Source: Candidatus Saccharimonadota bacterium
GTDB lineage: Bacteria; Patescibacteriota; Saccharimonadia; Saccharimonadales; UBA4665
NCBI GenBank assembly: GCA_016699955.1
Contig: CP064993.1
Span: 540,001 to 572,000, forward strand
Direction: 5' to 3'
DNA length: 32,000 nt
The position numbers were made by a program, and so were the translations under genes. The notes under the pieces are model-generated. The model was not told the DNA's origin. It was given only the letters and a program-made list of their open reading frames with translations, and did not search any database. Positions 15,300 through 21,907 of this stretch are shown piece by piece (within the stretch, counting starts at the first letter, position 1; each line of letters starts with the position of its first letter).

Positions 15300-16445
15300 A
15301 TGAAAAAACTACAAATGCGGAATTACTCTCAAGCAAAACACGCAAAAAAAGTTCGTGCTATTGTTCCGCAAGTGGCACGACGTTTTCGCAAGCCAACGCT
15401 GCAACAACAAACAGAGACAGCGCTTAGTGAGGTGCCACGCATAACAAACGAGACTGTAGCGGAACACCGTGAAGAAGTCCTGAAGGGCGCACGGAAGTAC
15501 AAGTATCCACTTGAGCATTCGAAACGCAAAATTGTCGCAGTGTCATCGACCATACTCATTCTCGCTGTTGTTGGATTTTTTATTTACACCGGGCTCAGTC
15601 TATATAGGTATAAGACAACTTCACTTTTTATGTACCGAGTCACGCAGATTATACCGTTTCCGGTTGCAAAGGCTGGGAGCAAGTGGGTTTCATACGAAAG
15701 CTATCTTTTTGAACTTAGGCATTCCATACACTACTACGAAACCCAACAAAATGTTGACTTTACTGACACTGAACCTGGCAAAACAAAGGGTAAGGCACAG
15801 CTTGATGCTTACCGCTCAGTCGCCCTGCAGCAAGTTATTGACGTGGCTTACGTAAAAGAACTGGCAGCCAAAAACAAACTATCCGTCACCGAGCAAGAAG
15901 TTAGCGATGCTATTACAATGTTACAGGCACAAAACCAGCTTACGTCTGATGATGATGACGAGCTTGAAGCTATCATGCAAAAATTTTTCGGTTGGTCTGT
16001 TTCTGACTTAAGCCGTCGGCTGAAGGAAGAACTTTTAGCACAAAAGGTTGCCGCCAAGCTTGATACGGCTGCATACTCAAGGGCACAAAATGTACTTTTG
16101 CAACTACAAAATGGAGCAGATTTTGCCGCGCTCGCTGCACAGGTTTCGGACGACACAGCTACCAAGGCCACCGGCGGTATTTACGCTGACATTGCAATAA
16201 CTATGAAGAGCCAGGAGGTTCCCCCGCAGGTTGTACGTGAGCTCGCAAAGCTGCAACCCGGGCAGCTCTCTGACATCATTGTTACCCCAAACGCTTTTGA
16301 AATTGTAAAACTCGTGGGCAGTGAGAATGGGAAATATAAGGCTGCGCATATACAAATAAACTTTTCGAGCATAGATAAGTACATTCAACCACTCGAGAAA
16401 AAAAATCCTCCCAAGAAGTTTATTAACGTTCAGCCGCTTAAATAG
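15300..16445 (+). CDS. Membrane-anchored parvulin-type peptidyl-prolyl isomerase (SurA_N + PpiC-like)
   Basis: ATG 15300 follows AAGGA. It has one TM helix (IVAVSSTILILAVVGFFIY), a long helical chaperone-like region, and a C-terminal ...ALAAQVSDDTATKATGGIYADI...QPGQLSDIIVTPNAFEIVKL parvulin-like segment. Confidence 0.7.
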   Translation: MKKLQMRNYSQAKHAKKVRAIVPQVARRFRKPTLQQQTETALSEVPRITNETVAEHREEVLKGARKYKYPLEHSKRKIVAVSSTILILAVVGFFIYTGLSLYRYKTTSLFMYRVTQIIPFPVAKAGSKWVSYESYLFELRHSIHYYETQQNVDFTDTEPGKTKGKAQLDAYRSVALQQVIDVAYVKELAAKNKLSVTEQEVSDAITMLQAQNQLTSDDDDELEAIMQKFFGWSVSDLSRRLKEELLAQKVAAKLDTAAYSRAQNVLLQLQNGADFAALAAQVSDDTATKATGGIYADIAITMKSQEVPPQVVRELAKLQPGQLSDIIVTPNAFEIVKLVGSENGKYKAAHIQINFSSIDKYIQPLEKKNPPKKFINVQPLK

Positions 16446-16591
16446 TTGCTTTTTTTGTGCCTACTTGGTACACTGACCTCTGTTAGCTTGTGCCTCGCAT
16501 GCTGAGGTGTAACTATTTGGGACTGGAGCTCGACGAGAGAAGTATCAAATTTGTTTCGTCACAACGGACTTCGTGTTGGCATACTCTGACG

Positions 16592-16689
16592 AGCGCCCGT
16601 AGCCGAAAATAGGCTTGCATGTTTTAAGCGAGTCCCGCAGGAAGGAGCGCGCCAAAGGTGCGCGATATCCGGTCGGTTCCGACCATTTT
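16592..16689 (+). pseudogene. Decayed tandem copy of the tRNA-Asp unit (tRNA-derived remnant)
   Basis: AGCGCCCGTAG (16592-16602) is identical to 16717-16727 of tRNA-Asp. ATCCGGTCGG (16667-16676) is identical to 16777-16786. Both occur in the same order, with a diverged anticodon-arm-like centre (GUCCC...GGAAGGAG vs CUCCC...GGAGGAG). A TGgCATACT box lies just upstream. No 3' acceptor strand is present, and the remnant ends in GGTCG-GTTC-CGACC plus ATTTT. Confidence 0.55.
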
Positions 16690-16699
16690 ACAAATAATC

Positions 16700-16708
16700 T
16701 GATACAAT
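16700..16708 (+). promoter_or_regulatory. Extended -10 box TGaTACAAT driving tRNA-Asp
   Basis: It ends 9 nt before tRNA position 1, which predicts a very short 5' leader. Confidence 0.5.
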
Positions 16709-16717
16709 CAGAGTTAA

Positions 16718-16794
16718 GCGCCCGTAGTGAAGAGGCCTATCACGCCTCCCTGTCACGGAGGAGATCGCCGGTTCGAATCCGGTCGGGCGCGCCA
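16718..16794 (+). tRNA. tRNA-Asp (anticodon GTC), CCA encoded
   Basis: Acceptor GCGCCCG/CGGGCGC, D arm GUGA/UCAC, anticodon stem CCUCC/GGAGG with loop CUGUCAC, T arm GCCGG-UUCGAAU-CCGGU, discriminator G plus CCA. Confidence 0.9.
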
Positions 16795-16828
16795 GAAAAA
16801 TACCTCAGCGAAAGCTGGGGTATTTTTC
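16795..16828 (+). terminator. Rho-independent terminator after tRNA-Asp
   Basis: AAAAATACCTCAGC - GAAA - GCTGGGGTATTTTT forms a long stem with a GAAA loop and a T5 run. Confidence 0.85.
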
Positions 16829-16978
16829 TGGTATGTCTGTTGGTTTTGAACCGGTGATAACCAGCAATGCCGGTGTGTTTACTTAAGCCAAAGCGAGAAC
16901 GGCCGCTTTTTATTGCGCTTAAAAAAGTGCTAACGTATACTTCGAATTACAACGGGGATAATAAGAAGGAGACATGCA

Positions 16979-17314
16979 ATGGGAAAAACCAGTAACGTAA
17001 AGGGATTCGCAGATTTTGTACGGGAGCAGGGTGTAGTAGGTTTGGCAGTTGGTCTAGCTATTGGTGTTGCAGCAGGTACCGCAGTTAAGGAAATTGTTGA
17101 CCAATTTATTAATCCACTTGTTGGATACATTCTCGGCGGCGCCGATTTGGCTAAGCTGAAATGGAATACCGGTCTTAGTCGAGGCGGTGAAGACCTTGTT
17201 TTTGGCTGGGGTGCTATATTGGGTGCCATCATAACACTACTCGCAACAGCTTTTGTGGTATACCAGCTTGTTCACCTTGCTAAACTTGACCGTATAGATA
17301 AGAAAAAGGACTAA
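16979..17314 (+). CDS. mscL: Large-conductance mechanosensitive channel MscL
   Basis: ...GFADFVREQGVVGLAVGLAIGVAAGTAVKEIVDQFINPLVG... is the conserved MscL TM1 region. 111 aa. AAGGAG RBS upstream. Confidence 0.9.
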   Translation: MGKTSNVKGFADFVREQGVVGLAVGLAIGVAAGTAVKEIVDQFINPLVGYILGGADLAKLKWNTGLSRGGEDLVFGWGAILGAIITLLATAFVVYQLVHLAKLDRIDKKKD

Positions 17315-17340
17315 CTACAATGGTTAGCTAGTCGACTTAT

Positions 17341-17370
17341 AAAAAAACGGCGCAACTGCTCCGTTTTTTG
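17341..17370. terminator. Bidirectional hairpin terminator between mscL (+) and the GNAT gene (-)
   Basis: AAAAAAACGGCGC-AACT-GCTCCGTTTTTT, with an A-run on one side and a T-run on the other. Confidence 0.7.
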
Positions 17371-17460
17371 TTGATGCAGCATCATTAAACAGGTTAGGAC
17401 GATACTGCTATCTGATTTTAGTCCATTACCTCTGTAACTAGCAGCTAGACACGCTCTAAT

Positions 17461-17931
17461 CTACACATCTCTTGAGCTTAAATCTAGCTCGTAAAACATT
17501 ACTTCGCCGTCTTCTTTTGTAAGTTTAAAACCGGCCGCTTCATATGTTCTTTGTGCACTTAGTTGCTTGCGATTGGTATCCAATGTTATTTTATGGAAGC
17601 CAGCTTCTTTGGCCTCTGCTAGAGCAGTACGTAGCAGTAGGTTCCCGAAACCCTTGCCACGAAATGGTGGCCTTAAGTACATCCGCTTTAGAACAACCTC
17701 GTCAATTGTGTCACTTTTGAGTGCCACTGAGCCTACTACTTTGTCGTCATAAACCAAGACCCAAATATTACGATAAAATGCTTCAGGTTGGGACAAATCT
17801 TGATCGAGGCTAGGATTGAGCGCAAACCCAAACTCACTATGGCTATCGTTTACCAGGCTTGCAAAACTTGGCTGATATTTAGGGTCGTACGGTACGAGCT
17901 GAAGCTCTGAATTTTCAAAGTTGAGAAACAT
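17461..17931 (-). CDS. GNAT-family N-acetyltransferase
   Basis: Acetyl-CoA motif A is LRPPFRGKGFGNLLLRTALAEAKEAG. 156 aa. Confidence 0.85.
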   Translation of the reverse strand: MFLNFENSELQLVPYDPKYQPSFASLVNDSHSEFGFALNPSLDQDLSQPEAFYRNIWVLVYDDKVVGSVALKSDTIDEVVLKRMYLRPPFRGKGFGNLLLRTALAEAKEAGFHKITLDTNRKQLSAQRTYEAAGFKLTKEDGEVMFYELDLSSRDV

Positions 17932-18128
17932 AACTTAAATTTAACTATGTTTTAGGGAATAATCAATAACAGCGCGGTCGGTTATAACTATCGGCTCTGC
18001 ACATTTAGCAGATATGGAATGTCGATTGCTGAAAATAATCTGGTTCACATATAAATTAGATCAGAACGCTAGATCAGAACGCAGCTTTTCTTGATTTAGA
18101 AATGTATTTGGGTTCAAGAATTAACTCG

Positions 18129-18203
18129 TGGTGCGGGTGGGGGGAGTCGAACCCCCGTCTCAGCCTTGGGAAGGCTACATAATGGCCGTTATACGACACC
18201 CGC
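18129..18203 (-). tRNA. tRNA-Gly (anticodon CCC), CCA encoded
   Basis: The reverse complement folds with acceptor GCGGGUG/CACCCGC, anticodon stem UAGCC/GGCUG with loop UUCCCAA, T arm GGGGG-UUCGACU-CCCCC, then A plus CCA. The D stem is weak (3 bp). Confidence 0.8.
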
Positions 18204-18295
18204 TTATTCGTTTCGCCCAGACAAAAACAATTTTCAATTTTTATGTATCATTTTGCAACGACTACACGTAAAAATGCTTTGTCTCAAGCAAATCC

Positions 18296-18371
18296 TGGAG
18301 CCACCTGCCGGAATCGAACCGGCGACCTTCTCGTTACGAATGAGATGCTCTACCAACTGAGCTAAGGTGGC
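18296..18371 (-). tRNA. tRNA-Thr (anticodon CGT), discriminator U, CCA encoded
   Basis: The reverse complement is GCCACCU UA GCUC AGUUGGUA GAGC A UCUCA UUCGUAA CGAGA AGGUC GCCGG UUCGAUU CCGGC AGGUGGC U CCA, a canonical cloverleaf. Confidence 0.92.
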
Positions 18372-18476
18372 AATAGGGTTAAGACGCACTGATTATACCA
18401 AATCCCATAAAGATTCACAGCAGCCATGTTGCTATCGCTGGCTTCTCTATAGTCTGGTACAATATCGAGAGCATTT

Positions 18477-18836
18477 ATGAGTTCAACAAAACATTTTATT
18501 CAAGATCGTACCGCACTGCTTTTGGTAAGCGTGAACGCATTTTTGACGCTCGCGGCTATTGTCCTTGTTGCGCTCAAGCTCGAGGCAAGCAAGGGAACTA
18601 CAAATTACATAGTTTCGTTTCGTTCGTCGCTGGGTTTTGACGGCTATACTCAAGGGACCGGATTAGATGTTGCAAGCTTTATGGCGGCGGCTGTCGTGCT
18701 CTTTTTTATAGGCCTCATACTCAGCTACCGGACATATCCGATCAAGCGAGAACTGTCCTTGGCTGTTCTTTCGCTCACCGTGCCGCTTTTGTTACTGGTA
18801 ATAATTGTAAGTAATGCCTTGCTTCTCTTACGATAA
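18477..18836 (+). CDS. Small polytopic membrane protein, unknown function
   Basis: 119 aa with three predicted TM helices. A TGgTACAAT box lies at 18455-18463. Its stop is 3 nt before the GT2 gene start, so the two are likely co-transcribed. Confidence 0.55.
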   Translation: MSSTKHFIQDRTALLLVSVNAFLTLAAIVLVALKLEASKGTTNYIVSFRSSLGFDGYTQGTGLDVASFMAAAVVLFFIGLILSYRTYPIKRELSLAVLSLTVPLLLLVIIVSNALLLLR

Positions 18837-18839
18837 TCC

Positions 18840-20459
18840 ATGGTCAGCCTAGATATACCACTGGAAAAAAACAGAAAAGGGCATTACCGATTTTTTGAGA
18901 TATTGCCTGGAGCGCTCAGTTGGGGTATGTTGGCGCTGCCGTTTATCCTGAGTTTTATAGATGTGCGCATGGCAGCGCTCTTTATGTTTGTCTATGTGCT
19001 TATCAATTTTTCGCGAGGTATTTCGGGAGCAGTGCGTTCTGTGCAAGGATTTCGAACAGTGAAACAGCATCAAAAACTGCCGTGGCCAACTATGCTCAGT
19101 GAGCTTGCCAGCGGCAACGTGCCCGCTCGCTCAACTCGTCCCAGGTGGCACCATTATGCCATTGAACAAACAAAAGAGCGCCCGTTGCTTATGCCGCCAG
19201 ACCAAGTTATCCACGCAGTCATAATCGCTACATACAAAGAATCTCGCGAAGTACTTGCTCCGACCATTGAAGCTGTTTTGGCTTCCCAGTACAACATGAA
19301 GCAAGTCATTTGCATCTTGGCATACGAAGGCCGTGCAGGTGAAACAACCGAGCATCAGGCCAAAGAGCTTATGCAAACGTATAAACACAAGTTCATGGAC
19401 ACTATGGCTGTTCGTCACCCAGCCAACATACCTGGCGAAATCATCGGTAAGGGAGGTAATGTAACTTACGCGGGTCGTGAGCTGGAAAAGTACCTTCGTA
19501 AAAAGGGGATTGATCCACTTCGAGTGCTTGTCACCACGCTTGACGCAGATAACCGCCCCGACAAACACTACCTGACTGCGCTGAGCTACGCGTATATAGT
19601 TTGCCCAGATCCGGTTCATTCATCATTTCAGCCCGTGGCGCTTTTCTCAAATAACATATGGGACCCACCTGCTCCCATGCGTGTACTTGCAACAGGCAAT
19701 TCCATATCACATCTCGTTTTTTCACTGAGGTCACATGCACTCAGGAACTTTTCGGCACATGCTCAGCCTATGGTTGCGTTGCAAAAAACTGATTTTTGGA
19801 GCGTGCGCACTATAGCCGAGGACGGTCATCAATTTTGGCGCTCCTATTTTCGCTTTGAGGGCAACTACCGAGCGCTACCTCTGCATCTGCCTATTTACCA
19901 AGATGCCGTGTTATCTGACACCTACTGGAAGACGCTGAAGGCTCAGTTTTTACAGTACCGTCGCTGGACTTACGGTGTATCTGATGTTGCGTATGTTGTG
20001 CATATGGGTTTTTTCCGAAAAAATACGATTTCAAAGCGAGACCTGATAGCAAAAAACGTGGCGTTTGCTTGAGGGTCACGTGACGTGGGCGGTTGGTCCT
20101 ATACTGGTGCTTTTTGGCGGGTTTATACCGGTACTGTTCCACCCAAAGAGCTATGCAGCCCTTGAGCTACCGCTGATAGTGAGCCGGATCCAAACGGTCG
20201 CGATTGTCGTAGCCGTTGTAACCGTATTTCTTTCTCTCAGAACGCTCCCGCCCAAACCGGCACGCTATAAACGGAGTAAAAACATTTTATGGTGCTTCAG
20301 TGGGCTTATTTACCTTTTACGACACTGATTTTTAACTCGTTTGCTGCTCTGTATTCACAAACCAGATTGCTTTTGGGTAAGTACATCTCCAAGTTCGATG
20401 TAACGGATAAAGCGGTAATATCTCAAGCCGCCGACGGTAGCACGGTTAAGCAGTTATAG
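18840..20459 (+). pseudogene. Processive family-2 glycosyltransferase (cellulose/chitin-synthase-like), reading frame broken twice at poly-A runs
   Basis: GT2 motifs are present: IIATYKES, TLDADN (DxD), GKGGNVTYAG and QYRRW (QxxRW). The frame shifts by +1 at A6 (20051-20056). The middle 73 codons (LLEGHVTWAVGPILVLFGG...PKPARYKRSK) read in frame +1. The original frame resumes at A5 (20278-20282) and runs to TAG 20457-20459 (...MVLQWAYLPFTTLIFNSFAALYSQTRLLLGKYISKFDVTDK...). Confidence 0.75.
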
Positions 20460-20876
20460 CCTCGACTTATCCAAAACCCCGCTGTGGTAGGCGGAGTAGT
20501 GTGTGGCGGCAGCTGCATCATAGCGCTCTAGCACAGCGTAAGTTTCGAGTGCGATGTCGCGGACTTCGATGAGGGCGCCGGGACGCGTTCTAAGCAATTG
20601 GTTGATGATTGTCCCAGCGAGGGCTCCTGCCTCCACCACAGCGCCGCTACGGTGTCCAAGAGAGGCAACGAGACTAATGAACAGCTTATCACGGCAAAAG
20701 GGCTCTGTTTTGTCAGGTTTCCGTACTACGATGCTTGCTGCAAGATCGGGGTGTTCAAGAGTAGTAAATACCGTATTGCAGTTGCTACAGGCTCGCCGCC
20801 GCCACGTTTGGTTTAACCGTTTTTGCAAGCGAGAATTTGTGACTTCAGTTTTACTGCCGCAATATATGCATACCAT
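20454..20876 (-). CDS. nrdR: Transcriptional repressor NrdR
   Basis: MVCIYCGSKTEVTNSR...CSNCNTVFTTLE forms a CxxC...CxxC zinc ribbon, followed by an ATP-cone. 140 aa. Its 3' end overlaps the GT2 3' end by 6 nt (convergent). Confidence 0.92.
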   Translation of the reverse strand: MVCIYCGSKTEVTNSRLQKRLNQTWRRRACSNCNTVFTTLEHPDLAASIVVRKPDKTEPFCRDKLFISLVASLGHRSGAVVEAGALAGTIINQLLRTRPGALIEVRDIALETYAVLERYDAAAATHYSAYHSGVLDKSRL

Positions 20877-20940
20877 GACAACATGTTGACATAACGCTGG
20901 GAAAATATCTAGTGGAAAACTTATAAAAACCCGTGGATAA

Positions 20941-21129
20941 ACGAAAACCCGGCCTTCTTATCGAAGACCGGGGCATTGCCTTATGAATAGGGCTAAAGGT
21001 TTATACCTATGCAGTCCTTACCCGACGGACGCGTGAAACGCGTTTTACATTCGGGAGTTCTTCATAAAACAACTGGAAGCTCTGTAATGAGCTTGGTTGT
21101 TTTGTACTCACCAACACACCTCGCTTAAC
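20941..21129 (-). ncRNA. Candidate ~190-nt structured RNA, or nrdR 5' leader, bounded by its own promoter and terminator
   Basis: On the minus strand the promoter at 21136-21164 predicts a start near GAGUUAAGCG. The RNA contains a long irregular hairpin (AAAACAAC/GUUGUUUU enclosing AAGCUC-AUUACA-GAGCUU). It also has CCCGA...ACGCGU-UUC-ACGCGU...UCGGG. It ends in CCGGUCUUC-GAUAA-GAAGGCCGG plus UUUUCGUUU. There is no ORF and no family was recognised. Confidence 0.4.
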
Positions 21130-21135
21130 TCAGAT

Positions 21136-21164
21136 ATACTAGCAAAATCAGTATTGCAAGTCAA
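21136..21164 (-). promoter_or_regulatory. Promoter (minus strand): TTGACT - 17 nt - TGcTAGTAT
   Basis: The reverse complement reads ttgact tgcaatactgattttgc tagtat, with TG at the extended -10 position. Confidence 0.55.
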
Positions 21165-21256
21165 GCCAATACATTGTATACATAAGCATAATAACAGGGG
21201 TATCAAAAGCAATACTCTTTACGATATCACTTCGTGGAATCGGCCTGTTTCACCAC

Positions 21257-21283
21257 GAAAAAAGGTCAGCATATGCTGACCTC
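21257..21283 (-). terminator. Rho-independent terminator after tRNA-Val (minus strand)
   Basis: GGTCAGC-ATAT-GCTGACC palindrome followed by T6 on the minus strand. Confidence 0.8.
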
Positions 21284-21289
21284 TTATCG

Positions 21290-21366
21290 TGGTGGGCGAT
21301 ATAGGATTCGAACCTATCACCTCCACAACGTCAATGTGGCGCTCTAGCCAAATGAGCTAATCGCCC
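21290..21366 (-). tRNA. tRNA-Val (anticodon GAC), CCA encoded
   Basis: The reverse complement is GGGCGAU UA GCUC AUUUGGCUA GAGC G CCACA UUGACGU UGUGG AGGUG AUAGG UUCGAAU CCUAU AUCGCCC A CCA. Confidence 0.92.
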
Positions 21367-21605
21367 GAACCCGGACATAAAGACTATAACAAAAGCCCGG
21401 AGCCTTTTCAAACGTCACACGGGTTCGTGACAGCTACGCCAGGGGCCTAGAAGTGCTATCGCATATATAGTATAAAAGGGATGAAACTGATATATAGACT
21501 TTTCCACAGGCAGCAGAAAAATACCCAAAAAAGTACTAGCATCATGCAGCTAGGCAGTGTATACTAGCTTGTGAGGTGAGGTTTTGCCGAGAGGTTTTAC
21601 CGAAC

Positions 21606-21651
21606 TAAAAAGCGCTTGGATGTCTTTGCGAGAGCACCCAAGCGTTTTTTT
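21606..21651 (+). terminator. Strong hairpin + T7 terminator with no annotated gene upstream
   Basis: AAAAAGCGCTTGG ... CCAAGCGTTTTTTT. The A-run/T-run flanks make it potentially bidirectional. It lies about 45-90 nt downstream of a GTGTATACT -10-like box (21557-21565). Confidence 0.7.
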
Positions 21652-21722
21652 GTTATGAACGCATATCGCACCAAATGCGTGGATGTTTGTGACTGATAGT
21701 TTCAGCGGTGTATACTGACTGT

Positions 21723-21888
21723 AAGCGCTGACGTGGATTAACCAACCACTGAGCTTCGTCTGTGTGGCAACAGAGTACGTTAACTACAGTTGCAAGAGTT
21801 AAATGCTTAGGTGGAACCTCCGGTCAAAGTATCGGACCCGAGCACGCTACAGAACGTACCAACGTTTGAAGGCGTGTTTTTATTTTTG
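21723..21888 (+). promoter_or_regulatory. T-box riboswitch leader of thrS (Thr specifier, transcription-termination type)
   Basis: The antiterminator reads CUUAGG [UGGAACC bulge] UCCG-loop-CGGA CCCGAG (21806-21842) and matches the T-box AGGUGGNACC core. The competing terminator is GAGCACGC...GCGUGUUUUUAUUUUU (21841-21888). The candidate specifier ACC-A sits in the loop of hairpin GUGG-AUUAACCAA-CCAC (21733-21749). A -10 TATACT lies at 21711-21716. Confidence 0.75.
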
Positions 21889-21907
21889 TAAAACGAGGAG
21901 TATTGAT

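Noticed and set aside
16585-16615. Hammerhead-ribozyme-like core CUGACGA ... GAAA.
   Set aside because: The sequence between the two boxes (GCGCCCGUAGCC) cannot form helix II. The match is coincidental and overlaps the tRNA-derived 11-mer.
16631-16660. SRP (4.5S) RNA-like string GUCC-CGCA-GGAAGGAGC..CCAAAGG, resembling GUCC-GGAA-GGAAGCAGCCAAGG.
   Set aside because: The flanks cannot form the required long hairpin. The 3' part instead forms a local GCGCGCC-AAA-GGUGCGC stem, and the 5' side has no complement. The segment is better explained as the diverged anticodon arm of a duplicated tRNA-Asp.
16615-16857. 80-aa plus-strand ORF.
   Set aside because: It runs through the tRNA-Asp remnant, the intact tRNA-Asp and its terminator. 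It is not coding.
18166-18360. 64-aa plus-strand ORF.
   Set aside because: It lies antisense across tRNA-Gly and tRNA-Thr and the spacer between them.
20899-20918. NrdR-box-like sequence (minus strand CCACTAGATATTTTCC) upstream of nrdR, suggesting autoregulation.
   Set aside because: By eye it matches only about 11 of 16 positions of the palindromic NrdR box consensus, and the second half-site is missing.
20941-20965. Plus-strand ACGAAAACCCGGCCUUCUUAUCG, resembling the RNase P RNA P4/CR-V region ACAGAACCCGGCUUAUCGG.
   Set aside because: There is no GGAAAGUCCGGGC partner upstream, and a ~350-nt RNase P RNA ending here would overlap nrdR. The hairpin makes more sense as a minus-strand terminator.
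21803-21907. 35-codon N-terminal extension of thrS in the ORF track (MLRWNLRSKYRTRARY...).
   Set aside because: These codons cover the T-box antiterminator/terminator and its U-tract. The ATG at 21908 has a GAGGAG RBS and begins the conserved ThrRS sequence.
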